DNA of 64,000 nt from an uncultured beta proteobacterium (GCA_963789885.1 CAWBNB010000033.1:29770-93769), one strand, 5' to 3'; positions 36,621 through 46,369 are shown, numbered from the stretch's first letter. The notes: generated by a model from the letters alone, not told the origin. Made by a program: numbers and translations.

Positions 36621-37661
36621 ATGACGCCGCGCTCGCTCGTCCGCTTCCTCTTCTTGGCCGCCCTTGCCTGTGCGTGGCCCGCGGCCGCGCAGATGCCCGC
36701 CGACAAGCCGCTCGCGAAGGAGCCGGCCGCCGACGACAAGGAGATCGACCAGCGGATCGCCGACACGCTGTCCGCCGTGGTGCGGGTCAAGATGCGAGCG
36801 GTTCCGGACGCACGCTCGAACGCGACGCTCGGCGATACGCGCGAGGGCAGCGGGATCGTGATCGAGCCCGGCTACGTCCTCACGATCGGGTATCTCGTGA
36901 TCGAGCCCGATGCGATCGAGGTCACGACCGTCAACGACCGCACGCTCCCCGCCACGCTCGCCGGGTACGATCACCCGACCGGCTTCGGTCTGCTCAAGGT
37001 CCAGGGCGACCTGGGGGTCAAGCCGCTCGCCATCGGCGAGTCGGCGGCGCTCGCCGTGCGCGAGCCGGTGATCGTCGTCTCGCACGGGGGGCGCGAAGCG
37101 GCGAGCCTCGCCTACGTGATGTCCAGACGGCAGTTCACCGGGAGCTGGGAGTATCTCCTCGACAGCGCGATCTTCACCTCGCCGCCGACGATGAGCTGGG
37201 CGGGCGCGGCGCTCGTCAACCGCCAGCTGCGGCTCGTCGGGGTCGGCTCGCTGCTCGTGCGCGACACCGTCGAGCCGGGCACGCCGCAGCCCGGGAACAT
37301 GTTCGTGCCGACGGATCTCCTGAAGCCGATCCTCGCGGAGCTCAAGGCGAACGGCCGCACCGCCGGCCCGCAGCGGCCGTGGCTCGGGCTCAACACCGAG
37401 GAGGTCCAGGGCCGGCTGCTGGTGAGCCGGGTGTCGCCGGAGGGACCGGCGGCGCAGGCGGGCGTGCGGCGGGGCGACGTCATCGTGAGCGTCGCCGGGG
37501 AGCCGGTGAAGACGCACGTCGAGCTCTATCGCAAGGTGTGGTCGCTCGGGGCGGCCGGCGTCGAGGTACCGCTCCAGGTCTCGCAGGGCGTCGACGTGCG
37601 CGACGTGCGCGTGAAGTCGATCGACCGGTCCGAGTATTTCAAGAGCAAGCAGGCACTGTAA
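36621..37661 (+). CDS. S1C-family (trypsin-like) serine protease with PDZ domain
   Basis: Lies in ORF 36558-37661, with the start at ATG 36621 after GGAGGTG. Signal peptide MTPRSLVRFLFLAALACAWPAAA. Motifs: GSGIVIEPGYVLT, GAALVN, and PDZ-like VSPEGPAAQAGVRRGDVIVSVAG. Confidence 0.8.
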   Translation: MTPRSLVRFLFLAALACAWPAAAQMPADKPLAKEPAADDKEIDQRIADTLSAVVRVKMRAVPDARSNATLGDTREGSGIVIEPGYVLTIGYLVIEPDAIEVTTVNDRTLPATLAGYDHPTGFGLLKVQGDLGVKPLAIGESAALAVREPVIVVSHGGREAASLAYVMSRRQFTGSWEYLLDSAIFTSPPTMSWAGAALVNRQLRLVGVGSLLVRDTVEPGTPQPGNMFVPTDLLKPILAELKANGRTAGPQRPWLGLNTEEVQGRLLVSRVSPEGPAAQAGVRRGDVIVSVAGEPVKTHVELYRKVWSLGAAGVEVPLQVSQGVDVRDVRVKSIDRSEYFKSKQAL

Positions 37662-37674
37662 GCGGGGCGGAAGC

Positions 37675-38373
37675 ATGAGGCGAAGACAGGCACGGATCGC
37701 GACGCCGTCGCTCGGCGACACCGGCGGGCTGCGTACGGCGCGGGTCGCGCGCCGCGAGCTGCTCGCCGCCGCGCTCGCGGGCACGGCGCTCGCCGGGGTG
37801 CCATGGCGTGCGCGGGCGCAAGGCACCGGCCGCATCGCGACGCCGCGCCAGACCGAAGGGCCGTTCTATCCCGACCGGCTGCCGGCGGACGACGACAACG
37901 ACCTCGTCGCGGTCAAGGGGCAGAGCGGGATCGCGCGCGGCGAGATTTTGCTGCTCGCGGGGACGGTGACCGATCTCGCCGGCAAGCCCCTCGCCGGCGC
38001 GCGGGTCGAGATCTGGCAGTGCGACGCCGGCGGCCGCTACCACCACTCGCGCGATTCCTCGAGCTCGCCGCCCGATCCGAACTTCCAGGGCTGGGGTAAG
38101 TTCGTCACCGCGGCCGACGGCGAGTACCGCTTCCGCACGATCCGGCCGGTGCCGTATCCCGGCCGGACGCCGCACATCCACTTCAAGGTGTCGGGCAAGG
38201 CGATCCCGGGCCTGGTGACCCAGATGTACGTCGAGGGCGAGCCGGGGAATGCGCGCGATGGCGTGTTCGCGTCGCTCGATCCGCGCGAGCGCGCGGCGGT
38301 CACCGTCCGGCTCGACCAGGCGCCGGACGGCAAGGCGCTCACCACCCGCTTCGAGATCGTCCTCCGCGCGTAG
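37675..38373 (+). CDS. Intradiol ring-cleavage dioxygenase-family protein with Tat-like leader
   Basis: 232-aa ORF with motifs TEGPFYPD, CDAGGRYHH and PYPGRTPHIHFKV. Confidence 0.8.
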   Translation: MRRRQARIATPSLGDTGGLRTARVARRELLAAALAGTALAGVPWRARAQGTGRIATPRQTEGPFYPDRLPADDDNDLVAVKGQSGIARGEILLLAGTVTDLAGKPLAGARVEIWQCDAGGRYHHSRDSSSSPPDPNFQGWGKFVTAADGEYRFRTIRPVPYPGRTPHIHFKVSGKAIPGLVTQMYVEGEPGNARDGVFASLDPRERAAVTVRLDQAPDGKALTTRFEIVLRA

Positions 38374-38405
38374 GCGGGGCGGTCGGGGGCCCGAGCGCCG
38401 CGCCT

Positions 38406-39017
38406 TCAGCCCCGCTGCGTCAGCCAGAGCAGCAGACCGCGGCGCTCCTGGATCGGCTGCCACGCCTCGCGCATCGCCGCTGCGAAACCGGGAAACGCCC
38501 GCCGCAGCTCGGTGGGCAGCTCGCCGCCGAAGCGCGGGAGATATCCCGCGACGAGCGACGCCATCGTCGTGTCGGCGAGCTCGCGCAGGCCGGCGTGCCT
38601 GGCGAACCGGCCGCGCGACTCCTCATGCAGCAGCTCCGCCATCGCGATCCCCCGCAGGAGATGCAGCCCCGCATCGGTCTTGCCGCCGTCGGCCCGGGCG
38701 CTCCGGGTGGCGTCGAGGATCGCGCCGAGCCGCTCGATCAGGCCGAGCAGGTCCTCTCCGCACTGGAGATGCTGTTTGGCCACGAACCGGATGCTCAGCA
38801 CCAGGAACTCGAGGGTCGTGGAGCTGGTGACGTCGACCGGCGCGCATCCGTCGATCCGGAGTTGCCGGGCGTCGGCGAGCAGGCGTCCGATGAGCGCCGC
38901 CTGGGTGGCGAACGACTCGAGGACGAATTGCTCGGCCGGTGACGGACCGGGTGCTTCCGCGCGTTGTAGTCTGCTGCTCGATGTCATCGTCTGCATTGCG
39001 TTCTTGTTTCGCGTCAA
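38406..39017 (-). CDS. Hypothetical protein (203 aa, helical-looking, no family recognised)
   Basis: This is the only ORF in the interval with a balanced composition; the plus-strand alternatives are Arg/Ala/Pro shadows. The start is ambiguous (M1, M8 or M11). Confidence 0.5.
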   Translation of the reverse strand: MTRNKNAMQTMTSSSRLQRAEAPGPSPAEQFVLESFATQAALIGRLLADARQLRIDGCAPVDVTSSTTLEFLVLSIRFVAKQHLQCGEDLLGLIERLGAILDATRSARADGGKTDAGLHLLRGIAMAELLHEESRGRFARHAGLRELADTTMASLVAGYLPRFGGELPTELRRAFPGFAAAMREAWQPIQERRGLLLWLTQRG

Positions 39018-39308
39018 CCGGCACTGAAAGTATCTGGGCCGCGTCCAGCCGACAATTCGCCCGAAGGACTAGGCGGTACGGTGCGCCCGCCGATCGATCT
39101 CACGCCGACCCCAGAACCCGATAGCACGGACCGGGCCAAGTGACGCGGGGCGGCACGGAACCGGGCCTGGTCAGGCGCAGAGGCGCGTGAAATCCATCTC
39201 CCGGCGCGCGAGCGTCCGCCAATCGACGCGCATTGATGACGGCTCGACAGGGCGGGGGGCGGCCGCCGCTCGCGTGCTAGCATTGCCCGCGAATCCCCGG
39301 GGACCGAG

Positions 39309-40376
39309 ATGAGCGCGGACGACGTCGCCACGACTGCGGTGCAGGAGCGATACCGCTTCGACGTCGAGCGGCTGGAGGCGTTTCTCGCCGAACGGATCGA
39401 AGGCTTCCGGGGCCCGCTCACGGTCACCCAGTTCAAGGGTGGCCAGTCGAACCCGACGTTCCTCCTCGCCACGCCGGGCGCGCGCTACGCGATGCGCTCG
39501 AAGCCGGCGCCGGCGGCGAAGCTCCTGCCCTCCGCGCACGCGGTCGACCGCGAGCACCGCGTGATCACCGCGCTCGGCCGCACCGGCATGCCCGTGCCCC
39601 GCACCTATTGCCTCTGCGAGGACGAGGGGTTGATCGGGCGCGCTTTCTACGTCATGGAGTTCGTCGAGGGCCGCGTGCTGTGGGAGCAGTCGCTGCCGGG
39701 GATGGCGCCGCGCGAGCGCGCCGCCGTCTACGACGAGATGAACCGGGTGATCGCGGCGCTGCACAGCGTCGACTACCGGGCGATCGGCCTCGAGGGCTTC
39801 GGCAAGCCGGGGAGCTACTTCCAGCGCCAGATCGATCGCTGGTCGAAGCAGTACCGCGCCTCCGCGACCGATCCGATCCCGGAGATGGATCGCCTGATCG
39901 AGTGGCTGCCCGGTGCAATCCCGTCCGGCGACGAGACGGCGATCGTCCACGGCGACTACCGGCTCGACAACCTGATCTTCCATCCGTCCGAGCCGCGCAT
40001 CCTCGCGATCCTCGACTGGGAGCTCTCGACGCTCGGCCACCCGCTCGCCGACTTCTCGTACCACTGCATGAGCTGGCACATCCCGCCGGAGAAGTTCCGC
40101 GGCATCGCCGGGCTCGACCTCGCGGTGCTGGGGATCCCCTCGGAGGCGGAGTACGTCGCGGCGTACTGCAAGCGCACCGGCCGGCGCGGCATCGACCACT
40201 GGGAGTTCTACCTCGCGTACAACATGTTCCGCCTGGCGGCCATCCTGCAGGGCATCATGAAGCGCGCGCTCGACGGGACGGCGGCGAGCACCGAGGCGCT
40301 CGATGCGGGCAAGCGCGCCCGGCCGATGGCCGAGCTCGGCTGGCGGTACGCGCAGCGCGCGGGCGCGCGCGGCTGA
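39309..40376 (+). CDS. Phosphotransferase (APH / choline-kinase-like) family protein
   Basis: 355-aa ORF with motifs FKGGQSNPTFLL, AHAVDREHRVITAL, YVMEFVEG, VHGDYRLDNLIF and ILDWELSTLGHPLADF. Confidence 0.85.
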   Translation: MSADDVATTAVQERYRFDVERLEAFLAERIEGFRGPLTVTQFKGGQSNPTFLLATPGARYAMRSKPAPAAKLLPSAHAVDREHRVITALGRTGMPVPRTYCLCEDEGLIGRAFYVMEFVEGRVLWEQSLPGMAPRERAAVYDEMNRVIAALHSVDYRAIGLEGFGKPGSYFQRQIDRWSKQYRASATDPIPEMDRLIEWLPGAIPSGDETAIVHGDYRLDNLIFHPSEPRILAILDWELSTLGHPLADFSYHCMSWHIPPEKFRGIAGLDLAVLGIPSEAEYVAAYCKRTGRRGIDHWEFYLAYNMFRLAAILQGIMKRALDGTAASTEALDAGKRARPMAELGWRYAQRAGARG

Positions 40377-40405
40377 GGGCGCGCGCGAGCCGCGAGGGAC
40401 GCGCA

Positions 40406-40810
40406 ATGAGCGAGCGCACGATCCAGGCGTTCTTCTACGGCCTGTACATGGACGAGGGGGTCCTCCGCGACAAGGGCGTCGACCCGCGCCACCCGCGCAA
40501 GGCGGTGGTCCCCGGTTACCGGACGCGGATCGGCGCGCGCGCGTCGCTGGTGCCGCGTTTCGGCGGCCAGGCGTTCGGCATGGTCTTCGCCGTCACGCAC
40601 GCGGAGCTTGCGCGTCTCTACGCCGGTGCCGGGCTCGACACGTACCGCGCGGAGTCGGTGCTCGCATTCTTCGAGGACGGGTCGTGCGCGCCGGTCGCGA
40701 CCTTCAACCTCGTCGAGCCGTCGGCACCGGGCGAGGGCAACGCCGCCTATGCTGCGAAACTGCGCGGTGTCCTCGAACGGCTCGGCCTGCCGGCGGACCA
40801 GCTGGAGTAG
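40406..40810 (+). CDS. Gamma-glutamylcyclotransferase (AIG2-like) family protein
   Basis: Forms the C-terminal 134 aa of ORF 39608-40810, with the start at ATG 40406 after GAGGGA. Sequence MSERTIQAFFYGLYMDEGVL...PGY. Confidence 0.6.
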   Translation: MSERTIQAFFYGLYMDEGVLRDKGVDPRHPRKAVVPGYRTRIGARASLVPRFGGQAFGMVFAVTHAELARLYAGAGLDTYRAESVLAFFEDGSCAPVATFNLVEPSAPGEGNAAYAAKLRGVLERLGLPADQLE

Positions 40811-40922
40811 CGCAGGTCGAGCAATACCGCACGGAAACGCGGCGGATGCCGCAGTGCGGCGCGGTGACGGCAGCGCGTCCGCGCGATACTTGCGTTCGAC
40901 GCCGCCTACGGAGGCCAACGTC

Positions 40923-41291
40923 ATGATGATCGCAGCCGGTGCAGTCTTTCTCGTCCTCGGGCTCGCGTCCGGGGTGCTCCTCGCCCTCGCGCCGTTCGGC
41001 ATTGGCGCGGTACAGCCGGGGCCGGTCGCGTGGGTGATGTTCCCGGGGCTGACCGTCGTCGGTTACCTGATGGTGGTGTTCGCGGCGCGCAACGCGTCGA
41101 TCCCGCTCATCACGCGCGTCGCCGGCGCGGCGCTGATCGCGCTCGCGGTCGGCGCGACCGTCGGCCTCTTCCTCGCCGGCAACGCGCTCGTCCAGGCGAG
41201 CGGCGCCACGCTGTCGCTCTGGTACGTCCTCGCCGTCGGATTCGTGCTCGGCATCGGCGGCATCGCGGTCCGCCGGCCCGGGACCGACTGA
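40923..41291 (+). CDS. Small membrane protein (about 4 TM), hypothetical
   Basis: ATG 40923 follows GGAGG (40910-40914). Sequence MMIAAGAVFLVLGLASGVLLALAPFG.... Confidence 0.5.
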   Translation: MMIAAGAVFLVLGLASGVLLALAPFGIGAVQPGPVAWVMFPGLTVVGYLMVVFAARNASIPLITRVAGAALIALAVGATVGLFLAGNALVQASGATLSLWYVLAVGFVLGIGGIAVRRPGTD

Positions 41292-41328
41292 CCAGGCGCG
41301 CCGCGGGCGCCGCACCCCGGGTCGCGCG

Positions 41329-41673
41329 ATGCGCGACAGCTATCTCGAATTCGTGCTGTTCCTCGGTCCGGCGATCGCGGTCGCGCTCGCCGGCGCGGTG
41401 GTCGCGTACCGCGAGGCGCACCGGCGCCGCGCGCCGCGGCGCGAGCTCGTTGCCGGTGCGCTCGGCGCGGTCCTGCGCTGGGGGCTCGTCGGCTGCGGCG
41501 CGCTCGCCGCCGGGGTGATCGCACTCAAGGTGGCGGCCGCGAACGACCAAGCGCCGCTCGCGCTTGTCGCCGCACCGTGGATGTTCGCCGCCTGCGGGAC
41601 CTTCGGTCTCTGGCGCTGGCGCGCGGCCGCGGCTCAGCCGGGCTCGGCCCCGAAGCCCGGGGACGGCGACTAG
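41329..41673 (+). CDS. Small membrane protein, hypothetical
   Basis: 114-aa ORF with several hydrophobic segments (FVLFLGPAIAVALAGAVVAY, GLVGCGALAAGVIALKV). Confidence 0.45.
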   Translation: MRDSYLEFVLFLGPAIAVALAGAVVAYREAHRRRAPRRELVAGALGAVLRWGLVGCGALAAGVIALKVAAANDQAPLALVAAPWMFAACGTFGLWRWRAAAAQPGSAPKPGDGD

Positions 41674-41710
41674 GCGGCGCGGCCGCTCGACGCGCCGGAT
41701 CCGGCGGGCG

Positions 41711-42865
41711 TCACGAGGCTGCGTACCTCTCCAGCGTCCGGCGCGAGACCTCGATCCCGAGCCCGGGGCGCTGCGGGATCTCGACCCAGCCGTCGCGCTG
41801 GCGGAGCGGCGAATCGGTCAGGTGCTCGCGGAAGGGATGGGACGACGTGTCGAACTCGAGCAGCGGCTCGCGCGCGAAGAGCGCGTGGTTCGCCACGGGC
41901 AGCGCGGCGATGAACTGCAGCGATGCGGCCTGGCCGACCGCGGAGGCCCAGACGTGGGGATTGACCTGGACGCCGTGCGCGTGGGCGAGCGCGACGATGT
42001 GCCGGCAGCCGGTGAAGCCGCCGGCGGCGCAAAGGTCCGGCTGCGCGATGTCGACCGCGCGCCGCGCGAAGAGCTCGCGGAACCCGAACAGGGTGTATTC
42101 GTTCTCGCCGCCGGCGACCGGGGTGCCGAGCGCCCGCCGCACCTCGGCATAGCCGTCGAGGTCCTCCTGCGTCACCGGCTCCTCGTACCAGCGGAGCTTC
42201 CAGCCCATGTCCTCGAGACCGCGGCCGAGCGCGATCGCCTCCGCGACGCCGTACGCGTGGTTGGTGTCGATCATCGCCTCGTACGCGCGGCCGGCGGTCG
42301 CGTCGCGAATCGCGCGCATCACTTCGAGGTCGTCCTCGATCCCGAACCCGAGCTTGACCTTCAGCGCGCGGAAGCCGGCCTCGTGCTGCATCACGGCTTC
42401 CTGCGCGAGGCGCGGCGCCTCGCCGCGCCCGGTGATGCGGTAGAACCCGGTCGCGTAAGCCTGCACCTTGTCGCGGAACATCCCGCCGAGCAGCTTCGCC
42501 ACCGGCTCGCCGCGCACCTTGCCGAGGATGTCCCAGAGCGCGATGTCGATGCCGCTGATCGCGCCGATCACCGCGCCCTTCATGCCGTAGTCGCGCGTGT
42601 GGTGGTACATCCGGTGCCAGAGCACCTCGGGCTGGAGCGGATCGGCACCGACCGCGAGCGGCTTCAGCGCGGCGTGCACGGTCGCGGCGGCGATCTCCGG
42701 CGGCTGCAGGCCCTGGCAGAGCGCTTCGCCCCAGCCGGTGACGCCGGCGTCGGTCGTGACCTCGACGATCGTCGCGCCGCGGCTCGCGACCCAGCCCTGC
42801 GAGAACGCGAACGGCTGCGCGAGCGGCGAGCGCAGGACGTGCGCTTTGACGTCGACGATCTTCAT
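41711..42865 (-). CDS. Mandelate racemase / muconate lactonizing enzyme (enolase superfamily) protein
   Basis: 384-aa ORF. N-terminus MKIVDVKAHVLRSPL..., then ALWDILGK, MIDTNHAY, WYEEP, DIAQPD. Confidence 0.85.
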   Translation of the reverse strand: MKIVDVKAHVLRSPLAQPFAFSQGWVASRGATIVEVTTDAGVTGWGEALCQGLQPPEIAAATVHAALKPLAVGADPLQPEVLWHRMYHHTRDYGMKGAVIGAISGIDIALWDILGKVRGEPVAKLLGGMFRDKVQAYATGFYRITGRGEAPRLAQEAVMQHEAGFRALKVKLGFGIEDDLEVMRAIRDATAGRAYEAMIDTNHAYGVAEAIALGRGLEDMGWKLRWYEEPVTQEDLDGYAEVRRALGTPVAGGENEYTLFGFRELFARRAVDIAQPDLCAAGGFTGCRHIVALAHAHGVQVNPHVWASAVGQAASLQFIAALPVANHALFAREPLLEFDTSSHPFREHLTDSPLRQRDGWVEIPQRPGLGIEVSRRTLERYAAS

Positions 42866-42872
42866 GCGGAGG

Positions 42873-43841
42873 CTAGTTGTCGACCTTCGCGCCGGCAGCC
42901 TTCACGACCGGCGGCCACCGCTCCATCTCGACCTTGATGAACGCGGCGAACGCTTCCGGCGAGGCGCTCGGGGTCACCTCGAGGCCGGCCTGGTTGTAGC
43001 GCTCGGCGAGCCCGGGGTTGGCGAGGGCCTTCAGGAACTCGTCGTAGATCCGCTTCACGACCGGCGCGGGCGTTCCCGCCGGCACCGCCGGGCCCCACCA
43101 CTGCACCGTCTCGAAGCCGGTAAGGCCGGACTCGTCGAACGTCGGCACGTCGGGCAGCAGGCGCGCGCGCGTCTTGCTCGTCACCGCGTACGCCTTCAGC
43201 TTGCCCGCCTTCACGTGCGGCACGACCGGCGGCATCCCGAGCGAGGCGAGCGGGATCTGCCCGGCGACGACGTCGCCGATGACCTGGCCGCCGCCCTTGT
43301 ACGGCACGTGCGTGATCTGGAGCCCCCCGGCCATCGCCTTGAACATTTCCGCGGCGAGGTGCTGCGGCGTGCCGTTGCCCGGCGAACCGTAGGCGAGCTT
43401 GCCCGGATTGCGCTTGACGTAGTCGATGAGCTCCGCAAGCGTCGCCGCCGGCACGGAAGGGTGTCCCACCAGGATGTGCGGGCCGCTGATCATCTGCGTC
43501 ACCGGGACGAAGTCCTTCACCGGGTCGAACGGCAGCTTCGCGAAGAGCGCCGGCGCGATCGTGTAGGCGTCGGCGTAGAGGAGAATCGTGTGGCCGTCGG
43601 GGGCCGAGCGCGCGACCAGCTCGGCGCCGACGAGCCCGGCGCCGCCGACGCGGTTCTCGACCACCACCGACTGGCCGAGCGAGTCGGCGAGGATCGGCGC
43701 GATGACGCGCGCGGTCATGTCCATCGCGCCGCCGGCCGCGTAGGCCGCGATGATGCGCACCGGCTTGGTGGGCCAGGTCTGCGCGGCGACGTTTGCCGCG
43801 ATGCCAAGCAGCACGAGCGAGAGGATCGATCTGATGGCCAT
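42873..43841 (-). CDS. Bug/TctC-family substrate-binding protein
   Basis: Lies in ORF 42873-43946, with the start at ATG 43841 after GGAGGAGG. Signal peptide MAIRSILSLVLLGIAANVAA; hallmark IIAAYAAGGAMD...VENRVGGAG. Confidence 0.85.
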   Translation of the reverse strand: MAIRSILSLVLLGIAANVAAQTWPTKPVRIIAAYAAGGAMDMTARVIAPILADSLGQSVVVENRVGGAGLVGAELVARSAPDGHTILLYADAYTIAPALFAKLPFDPVKDFVPVTQMISGPHILVGHPSVPAATLAELIDYVKRNPGKLAYGSPGNGTPQHLAAEMFKAMAGGLQITHVPYKGGGQVIGDVVAGQIPLASLGMPPVVPHVKAGKLKAYAVTSKTRARLLPDVPTFDESGLTGFETVQWWGPAVPAGTPAPVVKRIYDEFLKALANPGLAERYNQAGLEVTPSASPEAFAAFIKVEMERWPPVVKAAGAKVDN

Positions 43842-43981
43842 CGCGCCTCCTCCGTTGCCGGCGGTTATACAACATCCCGCCGCCGGCGTCGTCGAGCGCG
43901 TGCGCGGCTGGACACCGCGCCGGCTTCGCGCTAGCTTCCCCGGCATACCGGCATGCAGGCCCGGGGCGCACCGAAAAAGCG

Positions 43982-44626
43982 ATGAACGAGTTCCCGACCG
44001 ACATCTACACCGAGCCGTCCGAGATCGATCCGGACACCATGAAGCACCTCGGGCCGCTCACGCCGCTCGCCGGGGTCTGGGAGGGCAAGCGCGGCCTCGA
44101 CGTGAATCCCAAGCCCGAGGGTCCCGAGAAGGACGCGTACTACGAGCGCTACGAGCTGCAGCCGATCGACCCGCAGGCGAACGGCCCGCAACTCCTCTAC
44201 GGGCTGCGCTACCACACGCACATCGTGCGGCCGGCCGAGCCGGAGACCTTCCACGACCAGGTCGGCTACTGGCTGTGGGAGCCGGCGACCGGGATGGTCG
44301 TCCTGTCGCTCGCCATCCCGCGCGGGCAGATCGCGATGGCGATCGGCAAGGCGGCGGCTGACGCGAAGAGCTTCGAGGCGCGCTGCGAGTTCGGCTCGCC
44401 GACGAACGGCACGTGCTCGATCCCGTTCCTCGATTACGCGTTCAAGACGCTCGAGTACCGGATCAAGGTCACGGTGAACGCCGACGGGACATGGTCGTAC
44501 GAGCAGGACACGGTGCTCAGGATCGCCGGCAGCGACAAGCTCTTCCACCACACCGACCGCAATACGCTGCGCAAGATCGCCGAGCCGGCGCCGAACTGGC
44601 TCATGCGGAACGCGCGCGGCGGCTGA
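43982..44626 (+). CDS. Haem-binding beta-barrel (nitrobindin / DUF1794-like) domain protein
   Basis: 214-aa ORF with motifs LTPLAGVWEGKRGLDV, YERYELQPID, HDQVGYWLWEP. Confidence 0.65.
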   Translation: MNEFPTDIYTEPSEIDPDTMKHLGPLTPLAGVWEGKRGLDVNPKPEGPEKDAYYERYELQPIDPQANGPQLLYGLRYHTHIVRPAEPETFHDQVGYWLWEPATGMVVLSLAIPRGQIAMAIGKAAADAKSFEARCEFGSPTNGTCSIPFLDYAFKTLEYRIKVTVNADGTWSYEQDTVLRIAGSDKLFHHTDRNTLRKIAEPAPNWLMRNARGG

Positions 44627-44644
44627 CCGCGGTCGGCGGAGGGA

Positions 44645-45634
44645 TCAGACGGCGAGCCAGCGGCCGTCGAGGCGCGCCGACTCGAAGGCGCGCTCGATCA
44701 CGCGCACCGACACCCACGCGTCGGCGAACGAGCACGCGGGCGCCGGTCGCTGCCCGAGCACGGTGTCCACGAAGTCGCGCGTGGCGGGGCCGGGCGTCGC
44801 GTCCGCGGTGACCGACTCGACGGGCGCGCGGCCGCGGTTCCAGAGCGTGAGCTGCCAGCCGAGCGGGAGGTCGAGCGGGCGCTTCAGCTCGATCAGGCCC
44901 TCTTCGCCGTAGATCCGGATCTCGTCCCACATGTGCAGCCCGCGCGAGATGCAGGCGAGGTGGCAGCGCAGCTCGCCGAAATCGAGCTCGATGAAGCCGC
45001 CTTCGTCGGCCTTACCGGGTGGTCCCGGGCGGGTGATCGCCCGGACCTGCGTCGGCTGGCGGCGCAGGAGCCAGGGCAGCAGGTCGGCGATGTGCGAGCC
45101 GCGGCCGGTGAACGGGCCGCCGCCGCCGAGCGCCGGGTCGAGAAACCAGCCCGCCTTCTCGTAGCCGAGCTGCACCGTCTCGACGTAGCGGATCTCGCCG
45201 AGCGCGCCGGCGGCGACGAGCTCGCGCGCCCGGACCGAGCCGGGATCGAAGCGGCGGGTGAAGGCCACCGCGTTCACGAGCGAACGCGCGGCGGCGGCAG
45301 CGGCGAGCTCGGCCGCCTCGCGCTCATGCATGACGAACGGCTTGTCGACCAGGAGATGCTTGCCCGCCTCGACGCAGCGACGCACGTGCTCGGCGTGCAG
45401 CGTGTGCGGCGTGCTCAGGATCACCGCAGTGCACGCGTTCGGCGCCAGGATGTCCTCGATGCGCGTGGTGAGCTTCGCGCCGGTCTCGGCGGCGAGCGCG
45501 CGCAGCGGCTCCGGGGCCACGTCGCAGATCCACGAGATCCGCACGCCCGGGTCGGCGCGTAGCGCCGGCACGTGATAGCGGCGCGAGAAGCCGCCGCAGC
45601 CGAGGAGCGCGATGGCGAGCGGCGCGGCGGTCAC
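44645..45634 (-). CDS. Gfo/Idh/MocA-family oxidoreductase
   Basis: Forms the C-terminal 329 codons of ORF 44645-46369. Its GTG start at 45634 overlaps the upstream TGA (GTGA). Sequence VTAAPLAIALLGCGGFSRRYHVPAL...EAGKHLLVDKP. Confidence 0.8.
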   Translation of the reverse strand: MTAAPLAIALLGCGGFSRRYHVPALRADPGVRISWICDVAPEPLRALAAETGAKLTTRIEDILAPNACTAVILSTPHTLHAEHVRRCVEAGKHLLVDKPFVMHEREAAELAAAAAARSLVNAVAFTRRFDPGSVRARELVAAGALGEIRYVETVQLGYEKAGWFLDPALGGGGPFTGRGSHIADLLPWLLRRQPTQVRAITRPGPPGKADEGGFIELDFGELRCHLACISRGLHMWDEIRIYGEEGLIELKRPLDLPLGWQLTLWNRGRAPVESVTADATPGPATRDFVDTVLGQRPAPACSFADAWVSVRVIERAFESARLDGRWLAV

Positions 45635-46369
45635 GGCAGCGCTCCGGTCGTGATGAACGCAAGCGTCTTGCCCCACGCGTCGGCGGCCACCTCGGGATGG
45701 TGCGAGGGCCGCGTGTCGTTGAAGAAGGCGTGCTCCGCGCCGGCGTAGACATGCAGGTGGTGACGGATGGCCATGGCGCTCGAACGACGCGCGGAGCGCC
45801 TCGACGTCCGTCGCGACGATCAGCGGATCGCGCTCGGCGAAGAGGCCGAGATACGGCGCGCCGATCAGCCCGGCGACGTCGAGCGGCGTGAACGGCTTGA
45901 GGACCGGATCGCGGCCGAAGGTGATGCGGCCGTAGAAGTTGATCACGCCGGCGAGCCTCGAGTCGAACGCGCCGAGGTAGTGGGCGAAACGCCCGCCCTT
46001 GCAGAATCCCCAGGCGAAGAGCGCGCGCGGACGCACGCCGAGGCTGCCGGCGAGCACGCCGAGCGCCGCGCGACAGTCGCGGATCCCGCGCGGGTCGTCG
46101 TAGCGGTCGAAGAACCCGAGCACCTGCTCGATCGGATCGGATTCCCGCGGCGGCGGCACACCGCGGTACGGGTCGGGCGCGAGCGCCACGACGCCGGCGC
46201 GCGCAAGCCGCTCGCAGACCGCGCGGATGTTGCCGTTGACGCCCCAGATCTCGCCGAGGACGAGCACGCCCGGGCAGCCTTCGGCGCGCGCGGGTAGCGC
46301 GGCGTACGCGCCGGTGCGGACGCCGCGCTCGACCTCGATTTCGAGTTGCCGCGTGACGATCTCGCTCAT
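45631..46369 (-). pseudogene. Dienelactone hydrolase-family protein interrupted by a 1-nt insertion near 45763
   Basis: From ATG 46369 the frame reads MSEIVTRQ...WGFCKGGRFA (nucleophile Cys)...ALRASFERHGHP. The conserved C-terminus HHLHVYAGAEHAFFNDTRPSHHPEVAADAWGKTLAFITTGALP* lies in the next frame and ends at TGA 45633-45631. The length of 739 nt equals 246 codons plus 1 nt. Confidence 0.8.

Noticed and set aside
39014-39472. 152-aa minus-strand ORF in the long spacer
   Set aside because: It is Arg/Ser/Pro-rich, overlaps the 5' end of the phosphotransferase gene in antisense and has no SD.
44645-46369. 574-aa ORF taken at face value as a natural DLH-oxidoreductase fusion protein
   Set aside because: The linker region (..PSPPACLRRRGARLLQRHAALAPSRGGRRRVGQDACVHHDRSAAV..) is shadow-like. 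The canonical DLH C-terminus, with its own stop overlapping a GTG start, sits in the adjacent frame. I therefore modelled two genes plus one indel. The fusion possibility is kept as a finding to verify.
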